Shown: in pieces, positions 9,874 through 20,209 of the stretch | Position numbering within the stretch: the first letter of the stretch is position 1 | Layout: each line of letters begins with the position of its first letter | Origin: a virus | IMG/VR virus record: IMGVR_UViG_3300019752_000001 | DNA: 64,000 nt | Direction: 5' to 3' (one strand) | Notes under the pieces: generated by a model | What the model was told of the DNA's origin: nothing | What the model saw: the letters and a program-made list of their open reading frames with translations, nothing else | Databases searched by the model: none | Position numbers and translations under genes: made by a program

Positions 9874-10437
9874 CTATTTATGTTTTTCTTTCTGCCTCAA
9901 CCACTCATCACGAGCAGCCTCATGGTCTAGTTTTTCCTGCAGGTTGTCAAGCCAAACTTGTTTATATTCTTCTTCTTCCTTCTCAAGAGTTGATACAGTT
10001 AGCATCTCAGAGAGAGGAACAATATGACAGATGAACACACTTGTATCTGTATGCTTACTGAAACCTTCCTCTACATTTAAATACATAATACAGGGGTACT
10101 CTGACCACACCCCAGTATCAAGCTCCAAAGAGTCTTGTGAATACAAATTCCAGGTAGTAGAGATATAAGCCTTCTGATCCACAAAAGCAAGGTAAGGGTT
10201 ATTATGGAAGGTTGGTAACGTTACTGCGTGGTGTCCATAGATGTTCTCTTCCTCGTCGTTGAAAGAGGTGTCTTCTTTAACACCCACTCCACAGGTGTAC
10301 ATACTCTCTTCATCCATACCTGTCTTGCTGAAGAACTTCCTCACCTCTTCTTCACTATTGAACAAGAACATCTTCCCAGTAGGAATTCCCCAAAAGATTG
10401 GCAGGTCGTTTAGTGGTTTGTTTTCTTTATCAGTCAT
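9874..10437 (-). CDS. Hypothetical acidic protein
   Basis: 187 aa ORF in operon. Confidence 0.65.
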   Translation of the reverse strand: MTDKENKPLNDLPIFWGIPTGKMFLFNSEEEVRKFFSKTGMDEESMYTCGVGVKEDTSFNDEEENIYGHHAVTLPTFHNNPYLAFVDQKAYISTTWNLYSQDSLELDTGVWSEYPCIMYLNVEEGFSKHTDTSVFICHIVPLSEMLTVSTLEKEEEEYKQVWLDNLQEKLDHEAARDEWLRQKEKHK

Positions 10438-10651
10438 TCACCAACTCCATATTTTCTTCAAACTCTTCCTTAGTGAAGTAAGTTGTAGAGTTTACTGCCA
10501 CATATGGTTGATCCCCTTCAACATACCATTTATCTCCTGACCAGAAACCCTCTACACCTGTTGTTAGTATGTGTGGCCAATATTCTAAGAAGCAATGCCC
10601 TCCAAAGACTGTAGCCTCTAACTGTGCAGCACTTTTCGCTCTAGCTTTCAT
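10430..10651 (-). CDS. Hypothetical phage protein
   Basis: 73 aa ORF with overlapping start/stop. Confidence 0.6.
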   Translation of the reverse strand: MKARAKSAAQLEATVFGGHCFLEYWPHILTTGVEGFWSGDKWYVEGDQPYVAVNSTTYFTKEEFEENMELVND

Positions 10652-10908
10652 TCTTCTTCTCCTGCTTTGTCCAGAAGAGCTTCCAACATAAGCCCTGCCT
10701 GTAGTGCATGATTATCAAAATCCCCACGAATCTTACTACGTTCAGCCTCCTGTAAGGCTTCTTGGTGCTCAAGAATCTCTTCCATATAGGAATACAGATC
10801 TTCTGCTAAACTGTGCATACCAATTGTATCAAGTGCTCGTGATTTAGACTGTAATGCACTTGCAACTCTGATAAGCCCTGTATGTGCCTGTTCTGTAGCT
10901 ACACTCAT
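10648..10908 (-). CDS. Hypothetical phage protein
   Basis: Start reassigned to ATG 10908 (AGGAG RBS), downstream of the promoter. Confidence 0.65.
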   Translation of the reverse strand: MSVATEQAHTGLIRVASALQSKSRALDTIGMHSLAEDLYSYMEEILEHQEALQEAERSKIRGDFDNHALQAGLMLEALLDKAGEEE

Positions 10909-10948
10909 ATCCGTTCTCCTGTGAAGGTGTTTGAAGTTGATGACTAGA

Positions 10949-11019
10949 ATAGTAATAGAGCTTCCTCTTCCTGTCAACACAAACATTTATATTGACAACA
11001 TTAAACATTCAGTTACTAT
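10949..11019. promoter_or_regulatory. Back-to-back divergent sigma70 promoters
   Basis: Minus: TTGACA(10977-10972)-17-TACTAT. Plus: TTGACA(10992)-16-TACTAT(11014). Lies at the strand switch. Confidence 0.75.
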
Positions 11020-11053
11020 GAGGGCATCACTTAGACAACGAGGTAAACGCACA

Positions 11054-11701
11054 ATGAAGACTAATAATCCTGGTAACAACAATCCCCCTAAGTATGTCAA
11101 AGGAGAAGCCCCTCAGTTCAATGAAACATCATTGAACAAGGTTTGGAATGAAGCGACTAGCATGACTACTGATCAGCTAATTGCTAAGATCCAGAAGCTG
11201 CACACTGCTGTAGCCAAGAAGAATAAAGGCTGGCACCGTGCTGAGAAGGCTCTCCCTATGTGGAAGTTTGTAGCAGATAAAAGTGGAGTGGTGTGGGAAG
11301 GAGAGGATGATAAAGCTTTCCAACAAGTTGTAGATGCAGAGTTAATTCTTGCGCAACAATATAGTAAGAAAAGTGAACGAGCTAAACAACGATCTGTTGA
11401 ATGGAAGTTGACATTTGCTCAGTTTAAGAAGATCATGTCACGACGTACCTGTGCATATACGGGAAACAAGTTTACAGAGGTTAACTTTCCAACACTAGAT
11501 AGACTTGATCCAGGAAAACCTTACATTGTAGGGAATGTGTATAAGGTGGGTAATGTAGCTAATCAGTTAAAGAATACTCTGTTTGAGAAGCCTAGTAATC
11601 AACCTGCTAATCTGAGTATGCGTATCAAGTTTGAAGATATGGAGAAGTTGATGGCAGGACTGAAAAAGGTAGGGTTTGATAAAGTAGTTGTTGAACGTTA
11701 A
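11054..11701 (+). CDS. HNH-like/Srd-like (putative anti-sigma) protein
   Basis: AKQRSVEWKLTF...CAYTG...TLDRLDPGKPYIVGNV...ANQLK resembles T4 Srd/HNH-fold proteins; ATG 11054 after GAGG. Confidence 0.6.
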   Translation: MKTNNPGNNNPPKYVKGEAPQFNETSLNKVWNEATSMTTDQLIAKIQKLHTAVAKKNKGWHRAEKALPMWKFVADKSGVVWEGEDDKAFQQVVDAELILAQQYSKKSERAKQRSVEWKLTFAQFKKIMSRRTCAYTGNKFTEVNFPTLDRLDPGKPYIVGNVYKVGNVANQLKNTLFEKPSNQPANLSMRIKFEDMEKLMAGLKKVGFDKVVVER

Positions 11702-11877
11702 TTTAAGTCCGTAGTAGGAGAGGGATGTGAAAAACTTTTATGGGAAAGCTCTACAAGCTAAACGTGTACGACAGCTTATGGATGCTACTGAACAAGAACA
11801 TCCCAGGGATGTAAACTGGGAAGAAGTGAATGAAGAGATTGATAAAATTAACCTGACAGTTTTGGACATGGAGTTAT

Positions 11878-12267
11878 ATGAAGATGACTGAACAAGATAA
11901 GAAAGATGTTGCAGAGTTTTTAGGAAATAAGGATAAGAGGTCTTTATATCATTGTAGTAAAGACCTTAAGCTCTTAGCTACAGAAACAGGAAAAGGTAAT
12001 GTACTATCAGAAGGAGACCTTATGTTTGGGATATGTAACGCTATACCAGACAGTAATATTGTTTGTGTTTTAAGCCTGTACTGGTTAGAGTTCTCTGGAA
12101 AAATCGCTTACCCGGTTCCTCACCCAACAGGTGCCCGCACTGGATTCGATAATTCTGACAACCTCTGGATAGGAGAATATGGAGCAGCCCGAAAACGTCT
12201 CTGTCTATGGCTGGCTGAAACAATTGACAACTTCTTAATAAAAATAGGGGTAGAAGATGTCCAATAA
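11878..12267 (+). CDS. Hypothetical protein, paralog of 678..1019
   Basis: Shared YPVP/LW.GEYGA.RKRLCL motif. Confidence 0.75.
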   Translation: MKMTEQDKKDVAEFLGNKDKRSLYHCSKDLKLLATETGKGNVLSEGDLMFGICNAIPDSNIVCVLSLYWLEFSGKIAYPVPHPTGARTGFDNSDNLWIGEYGAARKRLCLWLAETIDNFLIKIGVEDVQ

Positions 12268-12520
12268 TTCCTCCTCCTGTACACCTTGTTTGAGAAGCGC
12301 ATTCAAAAACACTTCTGAAAGCACCTTGAACATTGAGAACGGTGATAGTTTCATTCGTCAACTACGTTTGAAGTTGGCTGCTGAGTTTTATATCACAGAG
12401 CAGAATAAACCGGGGGATAAGAAGATTCCTGGCATTGCATGTGCGAAACAGTCCTTGACTTTGGCTGATACTTTGATTAAAGTTGAGGAAGAAATTTACG
12501 GAACAGGAGAGGATGTATGA
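12257..12520 (+). CDS. Hypothetical phage protein
   Basis: 87 aa, overlapping neighbours. Confidence 0.6.
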   Translation: MSNNSSSCTPCLRSAFKNTSESTLNIENGDSFIRQLRLKLAAEFYITEQNKPGDKKIPGIACAKQSLTLADTLIKVEEEIYGTGEDV

Positions 12521-12816
12521 ACAACACAACTACAGCCAAACCACCTTGTAAACTCATCTTCGCAGACTTCAAGAACAAGGTGAAAGTTGGTGAGCGTTAT
12601 GTAACTCAAACTCCATGGATGTGTAATGTCTGTGGACACAGCTACCTGTACACACCAGAAGTTGATCGTAAACCTGGGCAGAAGGTTATGAAGTATCTAC
12701 CTCTTACTGTGAATATTCCAGTAGCTAATAAAATGAATAAGGTAGAGATGAAAGATACGGTAATAAACGTTTGTGAGAAGTGTGCTGATCAAGTACACTT
12801 GGCATTCCAAGAATAA
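12517..12816 (+). CDS. Zn-finger hypothetical protein
   Basis: CNVC...CEKC. Confidence 0.65.
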   Translation: MNNTTTAKPPCKLIFADFKNKVKVGERYVTQTPWMCNVCGHSYLYTPEVDRKPGQKVMKYLPLTVNIPVANKMNKVEMKDTVINVCEKCADQVHLAFQE

Positions 12817-12827
12817 GGAGAAATACT

Positions 12828-13484
12828 ATGAAACCTACTAAGAAAACCAAAGCTTACAAAGCTACGATGAAAAAGATTAAGAAGCTACCTATAAAGGTGA
12901 TGAAGGCTAAGGATGTCCCTGAGGGTGCCGATGTTATAGATGAGGAAGGAGACTTCCTAGCACTTCACTCAGATGGTAAATTAACCTTGTGGAGTTTAAA
13001 AAGTCAATGGTCTGATATTAAAGGTTTCCATAGTTTGCAGGACTTGTTCGGTGCTAAACGGATCAAAATCAAGCGTAAGAAGAAGGCTAAGCCAGTTATT
13101 ACTCCAGACCTTACTCCAGACCTTACTCCAGCAGAACTACCCAGTTTTCCTTTTAAGCTGACATGCGGAGATCGTCCTGAAGTGAGGGCGTGGCTGGAGA
13201 GTAAAGGGTGTAATTGGGTTAGCGGGAGATATTTAACTGGTTGGAAAACAGAGGAGAAAACAATCTATGTATCTGGTTCCTCCGTGTACCTTTCGGTTGT
13301 TGAAGTAGGTAACTATCCAGAGATTAACCTTGCATTTCTTGGCGGTGTTGTAGTTGATTGGAGTTGCTCACCCTCTAACAAAACCCGTTTACAAGAAGCT
13401 CTGGATAGTTTAACCTCTGCAAACAATCAAGCACAAGAAGCTGCTAACACTGTTCAGCAGATTATCGATACTATGGAAGAATAA
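12828..13484 (+). CDS. Hypothetical protein sharing a domain with 46369..46983
   Basis: PFKLTCGDRPEVRAWLESKGCNW versus PFKLSCGDRPEVRQWLKDNGCKW; AAGGAG RBS. Confidence 0.7.
   Translation: MKPTKKTKAYKATMKKIKKLPIKVMKAKDVPEGADVIDEEGDFLALHSDGKLTLWSLKSQWSDIKGFHSLQDLFGAKRIKIKRKKKAKPVITPDLTPDLTPAELPSFPFKLTCGDRPEVRAWLESKGCNWVSGRYLTGWKTEEKTIYVSGSSVYLSVVEVGNYPEINLAFLGGVVVDWSCSPSNKTRLQEALDSLTSANNQAQEAANTVQQIIDTMEE
13099..13131 (+). repeat. 12-bp in-frame tandem repeat (TTACTCCAGACC x2.75)
   Basis: Encodes the TPDL-TPDL-TPA linker. Confidence 0.8.
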
Positions 13485-13494
13485 GGAGAGGAGT

Positions 13495-14589
13495 ATGACT
13501 AAACTTGAATTATCCATCGACCCAGAAGGACTTCCTGGTTGGGGAGTTTGGGAGGCTGTACGAGAGTTTGTACAGAATTGGGCAGACAATACTGAAGATA
13601 GTGATTGGTTCTGGAATGACAACTATGATGGACGTGGAGGTTATCTTTACCTGAGTAACAAAAACACATCACTACCTCGTAAGTCGCTTCTCGTAGGCAA
13701 TAGTACAAAACGTGAGGATAACACTACACGAGGTCGTCATGGGGATGGACTTAAGTCTGCTATGGCTGTATTGTTACGTCAAGGAAAAGAGATTAGAATT
13801 CATAACGATAATGTTGTGTGGACTCCAACTCTCTCTCATTCTGACATATACGGTTGCGAGCTTCTAACTATTGTTGAGCAGGAAGTTGATAGTACAGGGC
13901 ACTTAGAAGTTTTCATTACTATGACCTGTGAAGATTTTGAAACTGTTATAGCTAACTGTCTACTCCTCCAAGAAGATGGTCGTAAGCTACATTCAACAGA
14001 TAAAGGTGACATCCTTCTTGACGAAGAGTACAAAGGTAAGATATTCTGTGGAGGGATCTATGTAAACACTCTTCAGCAGCTTGAGTATGGATATGACTTC
14101 AAACCTGAAGTGTTGTCCCTTGACCGAGACAGACAAGCTATAGACTCCTTTGATATTAAGTGGATCACTAAGGAGATGTGGCGAGAGATCGGAACAGACC
14201 CTGACAAAGCTTCTGATGTAGCTGAGATGATCCATGATGAGATTGAAGATACTAAGTACTTAGTAAGTCACGCAAGTCCTTCTACCTCCCTGAAAGAGGC
14301 AGCTATGGAGATCTATAGAGACAATTACCAAGGGAATATGCTTGCTGAGAGTTTTGTAGAGGCTGAGGAGCTTAAAGCTGCAGGCAATGATAATGTTGTC
14401 TACCTGGGCAAAGAAGACTTCACGAACCTTGTGAAGTCTTCTGACAAGTATAAGACTATTGACTTTGGGATCGTACAGACTGTCAAAACTTCTCCCAAGG
14501 AAAAGGTTGAAAATTGGCTTGAAGAATGGCAAGATGAAATCACAGAAGAGGTGTACATCTCACTGCAAGACTTGATCAATACTTTATAA
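13495..14589 (+). CDS. GHKL (HATPase_c) ATPase domain protein
   Basis: EAVREFVQN..D, GNSTKR, GRHGDGLKSA Bergerat-fold motifs. Confidence 0.8.
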   Translation: MTKLELSIDPEGLPGWGVWEAVREFVQNWADNTEDSDWFWNDNYDGRGGYLYLSNKNTSLPRKSLLVGNSTKREDNTTRGRHGDGLKSAMAVLLRQGKEIRIHNDNVVWTPTLSHSDIYGCELLTIVEQEVDSTGHLEVFITMTCEDFETVIANCLLLQEDGRKLHSTDKGDILLDEEYKGKIFCGGIYVNTLQQLEYGYDFKPEVLSLDRDRQAIDSFDIKWITKEMWREIGTDPDKASDVAEMIHDEIEDTKYLVSHASPSTSLKEAAMEIYRDNYQGNMLAESFVEAEELKAAGNDNVVYLGKEDFTNLVKSSDKYKTIDFGIVQTVKTSPKEKVENWLEEWQDEITEEVYISLQDLINTL

Positions 14590-14640
14590 ACCATCTCACA
14601 AACTACTTTGTAATTAAGATAAACCTAAGAGGAAACAGAC

Positions 14641-14934
14641 ATGACTACTAACAACACCACTACACGTACCATCCGTAACATTGTCCTGCTTGATGAAGAT
14701 TCAAAGCTTCCTGTGGCTGATTCCATTGTTCATAACTTTGGAGATATTGTGACAGAAGATTGTGATCAAGCTACTCTGATGCAGCTTATGGTTGATCACG
14801 ATATTAAAGGTATTATTGATAAACACAACAGTGTGCTAGCTAATCGCGCTAATCAGACAGTGTTGGAACGTACAGGTAAAAGGGTAATGCTACCTCCTAT
14901 CACTATTAAGGACTTGTCTTGGAAGATTAAGTGA
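14641..14934 (+). CDS. Hypothetical phage protein
   Basis: GAGGA RBS, 97 aa. Confidence 0.65.
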   Translation: MTTNNTTTRTIRNIVLLDEDSKLPVADSIVHNFGDIVTEDCDQATLMQLMVDHDIKGIIDKHNSVLANRANQTVLERTGKRVMLPPITIKDLSWKIK

Positions 14935-15014
14935 CCGAAAGAGATATATTGAAATAATAACTAGACAGGAGAGATTATACCTTCTCTCCTTCACCATTTT
15001 ATGTAGGAGGTGTT

Positions 15015-16859
15015 TTGGGAGATATTGTAGTAAGGCATAAGGAGTGTATAAATCCTTCTTGTGAGTCAAGTGACGCACTCTCAGTGTATGAAGAAGAGTT
15101 AGATAATGGTGATGTTGAATACAATGCCACTTGCTATAGTTGTGAACAATTCTTTACACAGAAACAATTAGCAGCCTCCTACTTAGGTGAAGAACTAGGT
15201 ATAACAAGTGAAGGAGGATACACATCAGGAGGTAGGAATAAATTGGTTGTCAAAGCAAAACCTAAAAAATATATTACAGATGAACAAATTCAGCATGTAA
15301 AAAATATTAGTGTTACAGATAAGACTAAGTATCGTACACTTGTCCCTGGAGTTAATTCTAAGTATAAGGTGTTGTCTGAGTTTAATAAAGATGATGATCT
15401 TATTAAACGATACTATCCTGTGTATGATATTGAAGAAGCTAAACTTTGTGGTTATAAGATCAGAGTTGTGGCTACAAAGGATTTCTACTCAGTAGGTCAC
15501 ACAGGAGACTCTACAGCCCTCTTTGGACAACATGCTATGAAGCCTGGAGGTAAGTATGTGGGGTTGTTTGGTGGTGAAGAGGATGCGTTAGCTGCCTACT
15601 CAATGTTGGCTAAGGACCAAGCTGCTAAGGGTTATGACCCTATAGCTTGTGTTTCTCCATCTACATCTGAAACAGCCTCTATCAAGAATGTTAAGCAGAA
15701 CTATGAGTGGCTTGACACCTTTGAGAGAATTATCATTGGTTTTGATGATGATGCTAAAGGTAAAGAGTATGCTGTGAAGGTAGCTGAGGTATGCCCTCCT
15801 GGTAAAGCTTACCTTATGAAGATGCCTGTCCCAAAAGATCCTTGTGATGTTAAGATTGCAGGTAAAGAGAAGGAATTTGTTCGGGCCTTCTACTGGGAAA
15901 GTGTTAAGTATAAACCTCAAGGTATTGTTGGTAGTGGTGAACTAGAAGATGCTGTATTTGAAGAGTTGATGGTTGAGAAGATACCCCTACCACCCTTCAT
16001 GTTAGGTCTTCAGAATAAACTCGCTGGAGGGATACCATTAGGTGTTATTGTAAATATTGGAGCAGCTTCAGGATGCGGGAAGACTAGTATTATCAATGAG
16101 ATGATCTATTATTGGTTGTTTCACAGCCCTCACAAGGTAGGTGTAGTTAGCTTAGAGTTGTCTAAAGGCCAGTATGGTATGGCTATGCTATCAAGACACC
16201 TTGGTAAGAAACTACAGCTATTTGAAAAGCCACAAGATGCAGTTGACTTTGTAAGATTACCAAAAAACCAAGAAGCTCGGTCTAAATTGTGGAGGGATGA
16301 AGAAGGAGAACATCGATGGTATCTTGTTGATGAACGTGAAGGTAGTGTTGAAGATATAAAGAACCTTATTAGTCAGCTTGTCATCTCATGTGGTTGTAAA
16401 GTTATAGTTCTTGATCCTCTACAGGATATTTTAGATGCTATGTCTAACGAAGATCAGGCCAACTTTATGAAGTTCCAGAAGAGCATGATTAAATCTGGTA
16501 TCACCTTCGTTAACATAAACCATGTAAGGAAGAGTGGTAGTGGGGAAAAGGCAGGCAGTCAAGGTAAGGACTTGGTAGAAGAGGACTTCGCAGGAAGCAG
16601 TACCATCTTCAAATCTGGTGCTATCAATCTACTTATGATGAGGGATAAGGAAGCTGAAGATGAAATTATGAAGAACACTATAATACCTAAGCTTAGTAAG
16701 AATCGTGGTCCTGGTTTTACAGGTTATGTAGATCCTTGGTATTACGACTTTAAGACACACACAATACATGACAAGAAAACTTACTTCGAAAACAATAGTA
16801 TAGAAGGTGCTGTAGCTTCTGATGATAAAGATGACTTCGTAGGAAGTTTTAAAGAATGA
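15015..16859 (+). CDS. DNA primase-helicase (T7 gp4-like)
   Basis: N-terminal Cys Zn ribbon, TOPRIM (GEEDA, FDDDAKG, KDPCD), Walker A GAASGCGKT, SLE, LDP, HVRK, KNR; TTG start after AGGAGG. Confidence 0.93.
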   Translation: MGDIVVRHKECINPSCESSDALSVYEEELDNGDVEYNATCYSCEQFFTQKQLAASYLGEELGITSEGGYTSGGRNKLVVKAKPKKYITDEQIQHVKNISVTDKTKYRTLVPGVNSKYKVLSEFNKDDDLIKRYYPVYDIEEAKLCGYKIRVVATKDFYSVGHTGDSTALFGQHAMKPGGKYVGLFGGEEDALAAYSMLAKDQAAKGYDPIACVSPSTSETASIKNVKQNYEWLDTFERIIIGFDDDAKGKEYAVKVAEVCPPGKAYLMKMPVPKDPCDVKIAGKEKEFVRAFYWESVKYKPQGIVGSGELEDAVFEELMVEKIPLPPFMLGLQNKLAGGIPLGVIVNIGAASGCGKTSIINEMIYYWLFHSPHKVGVVSLELSKGQYGMAMLSRHLGKKLQLFEKPQDAVDFVRLPKNQEARSKLWRDEEGEHRWYLVDEREGSVEDIKNLISQLVISCGCKVIVLDPLQDILDAMSNEDQANFMKFQKSMIKSGITFVNINHVRKSGSGEKAGSQGKDLVEEDFAGSSTIFKSGAINLLMMRDKEAEDEIMKNTIIPKLSKNRGPGFTGYVDPWYYDFKTHTIHDKKTYFENNSIEGAVASDDKDDFVGSFKE

Positions 16860-16891
16860 TATAACACTTATTAATATAATAGGAGATACTA

Positions 16892-19306
16892 TTGGCAATC
16901 CCTAATAACTACAAAAACAGAGTATTCTCTGGAGACATTGAAGCCAATGGACTCCTAGAGACAGTTGATAAAGTTTGGTGTATTGTAACTGAGGATATTG
17001 AGTCTGAAGAGATGTACACTTTCCACGACTACCCTGAATTGTGTGGTCAAGAGGTTGTAGATCCTCATGATAATATAACCTACACCATCCCAGAGCGCAC
17101 TGGGAGCCTTGTGGAGGGTGTTCGATTCTGGTACTTAGCAGGACGCAATGGAAGTAAACTTGCTGTACACAACTGTGCAGGATATGACAAGCTGCTTGTT
17201 GAGAAGTTCTGGCCTAAGTGTGTTATTCCTGATGAAGCTTGGGATGACACATTAATATGGAGCAAGATTCAGTGGTTTGAACGAGGAACCCCTAAAGGTG
17301 CTAAAGGTGTACATGGTCTTCAAGCATGGGGTTGTAGGTTTGGTATCAATAAACCTGATATTGTAGACTGGACAGTGATGGACGCTTTCATGCTGCATCG
17401 TTGTATAGAAGATGTTAAGATTCAAACTAAGACGTACAACTATTTATTGAAGGAAAGGAAAGCTGTAAAGTCTAAACTTAACATTGACTTCACCGAAGGC
17501 TATCAATTAGAGTTTAAAGTCAGACAGGAAGATACTTGGCAGGAACTTAATGGAGCTAATATAGACAAACCTGCTTGTGAGGACTGCATAGTAGAGCTTG
17601 ATAAGCTATCTAGTGAACTTAGAAATGAAATTGAACCACAACTCCCACAACATGTTAAGGCTAAAACTCAGAAAGTGAGTTTGTCTGAGTTAGGTGAATT
17701 GTTAGGGTTGAAAAGAAAGCTTGTGGATGAAACTGAAAGGGTTGTTGTTAAAGGTGAGTGGGTGGAGAAGGTTAAGAAGCCTTACCACAAACCTTCTGTT
17801 AATTACACTTCTAGGAAAAAACTTCTCCAATACTCTGGCGAACATGTAGTATATGGTAAGACTTTAACCTATGAAAAACGTGCACAATTATCTACATGGA
17901 TAAAAGAAACCTTCCCAGACACTAAGCAGAAAGATTGGAATATTAAGAAGGTTGAAATTGAGTACGAAGTGTTGAATCATCACACAGTTAATCATTTTGA
18001 ATGTGATCCAACTGATACAGAGTATGTGTGTGGGCCTCATACACGTGTTGAATGGCTTGATACTAAGATGAGTCAGCATGACAAGGTTAAACAGTTCTTG
18101 TTGAAGCTGGGATGGGTTCCTGATGAATGGAACTATAAGAAAGATCCTATCAAGGGTGGGTTGATGAAGGATGATGACAGGAAACCTATTCCAACATCAC
18201 CGAAGTTAACAGAGAGCAGTTATGAAACTCTTCCGCCTGGCTTAGGTATGCAGATTGCTGAGTACAACACATACATGCACCGTAGGCGCTTTCTAGCTAA
18301 CCCAGAAGATGATGAGAAAGGTATCCTTAACATGCTGCGTGAAGATGGAAGGTTGTCCTGTGGGCTTAACAACTTTGCTACAGCTACTGGAAGGTATATA
18401 CAGAGTAAGTGGGTGAATGCTCCTGGTGAAGGTGCTCTGTATGGAGAGAAGATTCGTAGTCTGCTAATCCCTTCTCCTGGGTGGGAGTTGGTTGGGGCTG
18501 ATATGAAGAGTGCTCAGTTGAGTATTGCTGCATACTATGCTAATAATTTGGAGTATTACAACGCTGTTGCTGATGGACAAGAAGAGATAGAATTACCAGA
18601 TGGAACTAAGAAGTATCTTGGGGAAAGTGGTCACTGTGTAAATGCTCGTGCATTCACCTTGGTAAGTGATGCTGAGTGGAAAGAGGCTGTACGTACACAA
18701 GATTCAGTGTTATTGAAAAGTATTATGCTTCGTCGTAAGAAGAGTAAAGGTGGTAGTTTTAGTACTATCTTTGGAGCATCTGGTAGGAAAGTTGCACAGA
18801 CATTAGGTATTCCTGAGTCATTAGGGGAAGCTAAGAAGAATGCCTTCTTGAAGAACATTGGTCTTGACAGGGTGATAGAAATCCTTAAAATGATGACCAC
18901 AGCTAATGCAAGAGCAGGTGGAGGGTACATTGAACTACCCTTTGGTTATCATGTTTGGAGTAACCAGCAACATAAATACTTCAACTATCTTGACCAAGGA
19001 ACTGAAGCTGCTTGTCAGAAGTTTGCTACTCATTACTTTGAAGATCAGTTGAAGGAAAGAAAACTTGACTCTCAAGCGATGAGGGTGTTAAATATACATG
19101 ATGAGTATTTGGTAGATTGTCATCCAGATATTTCTAAAGAGGTTGGTAAGCTCATGTGTGAGTCTTATGAAGTTGCTAGCTACGAATGTTGGGAATGGCA
19201 TAAGAAGAACAGCAAATGGTTTACGGGAGATGACCTACCAACATTCATGTTTAACTTGGATGGTGGTTGTAAGATCTCTGCTAACAATTACCTTGAAACA
19301 CATTGA
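16892..19306 (+). CDS. polA: Family A DNA polymerase with 3'-5' exonuclease
   Basis: ExoI DIEANGL, HN..GYD, ATATGR, motif A GADMKSAQL, motif B RRKKSKGGSFSTIFGA, motif C NIHDE; TTG start. Confidence 0.95.
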   Translation: MAIPNNYKNRVFSGDIEANGLLETVDKVWCIVTEDIESEEMYTFHDYPELCGQEVVDPHDNITYTIPERTGSLVEGVRFWYLAGRNGSKLAVHNCAGYDKLLVEKFWPKCVIPDEAWDDTLIWSKIQWFERGTPKGAKGVHGLQAWGCRFGINKPDIVDWTVMDAFMLHRCIEDVKIQTKTYNYLLKERKAVKSKLNIDFTEGYQLEFKVRQEDTWQELNGANIDKPACEDCIVELDKLSSELRNEIEPQLPQHVKAKTQKVSLSELGELLGLKRKLVDETERVVVKGEWVEKVKKPYHKPSVNYTSRKKLLQYSGEHVVYGKTLTYEKRAQLSTWIKETFPDTKQKDWNIKKVEIEYEVLNHHTVNHFECDPTDTEYVCGPHTRVEWLDTKMSQHDKVKQFLLKLGWVPDEWNYKKDPIKGGLMKDDDRKPIPTSPKLTESSYETLPPGLGMQIAEYNTYMHRRRFLANPEDDEKGILNMLREDGRLSCGLNNFATATGRYIQSKWVNAPGEGALYGEKIRSLLIPSPGWELVGADMKSAQLSIAAYYANNLEYYNAVADGQEEIELPDGTKKYLGESGHCVNARAFTLVSDAEWKEAVRTQDSVLLKSIMLRRKKSKGGSFSTIFGASGRKVAQTLGIPESLGEAKKNAFLKNIGLDRVIEILKMMTTANARAGGGYIELPFGYHVWSNQQHKYFNYLDQGTEAACQKFATHYFEDQLKERKLDSQAMRVLNIHDEYLVDCHPDISKEVGKLMCESYEVASYECWEWHKKNSKWFTGDDLPTFMFNLDGGCKISANNYLETH

Positions 19307-19421
19307 TAGGAAGAGAACTTTGAACTATCACACTTTATCCGTATTAGAAGTTCAAGAACTTAGGCAGGACTTGAAGAGTAGTTTGATTAAACTTGAAGAA
19401 ATTATCGAAGAGGAGAAAACC

Positions 19422-19799
19422 ATGACTAACACAAAATACAAGCTATACAATGTTTATAAAGTAGTTGATGACGAGAGAAAAGAATTAGTGGAAACTTACA
19501 TATCTTATCGAGGAGCTTATAATCAAGAGTCTGGAGCTTTTTACTTCGACGAACTAGGTGTTGATGACGATGATATTGTAGAATATCCAAGCAATACGTT
19601 CTATTGGGAAGAAGAACCTGATAAGAACAAAACTATTCAATCCCTATTTTCACACTCTTATTTCCGAGGTACACAGAACCCTCATGAGTGTTTTGCTCAC
19701 TTGTTAGGTGTGTCTCGTAACCGAGCTAAAGAGTTGGCTGTAGCTATTAGTTATTATGGAGTACAAGCTACTACTCCTCCTGCACATACACTTTACTAA
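19422..19799 (+). CDS. Hypothetical protein, tandem paralog 1 (PolA-fingers/HTH-like C-terminus)
   Basis: Start reassigned to ATG 19422 after GGAGAAAACC; homologous to the next ORF. Confidence 0.7.
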   Translation: MTNTKYKLYNVYKVVDDERKELVETYISYRGAYNQESGAFYFDELGVDDDDIVEYPSNTFYWEEEPDKNKTIQSLFSHSYFRGTQNPHECFAHLLGVSRNRAKELAVAISYYGVQATTPPAHTLY

Positions 19800-19810
19800 G
19801 GAGAAAAACC

Positions 19811-20209
19811 ATGACTAACACAACTACAAAGTACAACGTTTACAATATCTACCGTAAGTTAGATAACGGTAAGAAGAAGCTTGAAGAGTGTTATGTGACT
19901 GATAATATCCACACAGCACATGATAATAAATTCTGGTTAACAGCTGTGAACATACCCGCAGAACCTAACTATAAAGTGTACGACCCTGATCAGTATCTTT
20001 GGGAGATTGAAACCAGAGAGCATCGGAAGTTGATGGAGTTCTACTTAAACTCTTATTTCTACGGAGAGAGTAAAGACCGTCACGGTAACTTCGCAAAGCT
20101 TTTGGGGATTTCTCGACGAGAAGCTAAAAATTTAGTTTATATGATTACCTACAGAGGGGTTACTTCTTACCTTAAAAACAACAAAGAAGGGTATGCCACA
20201 GATGTCTGA
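19811..20209 (+). CDS. Hypothetical protein, tandem paralog 2
   Basis: Identical RBS/start GGAGAAAACCATGACTAACACA; shared KYNVY and H..FA.LLG.SR..AK.L motifs. Confidence 0.7.
   Translation: MTNTTTKYNVYNIYRKLDNGKKKLEECYVTDNIHTAHDNKFWLTAVNIPAEPNYKVYDPDQYLWEIETREHRKLMEFYLNSYFYGESKDRHGNFAKLLGISRREAKNLVYMITYRGVTSYLKNNKEGYATDV

Noticed and set aside
16892-19306. Intein or intron in the DNA polymerase
   Set aside because: The ORF is continuous, and I see no intein splice motifs or homing-endonuclease signature in the extra central segment.
19143-19421. N-terminal extension of ORF 19143..19799 overlapping the polymerase
   Set aside because: A strong RBS and the paralog alignment place the start at 19422.
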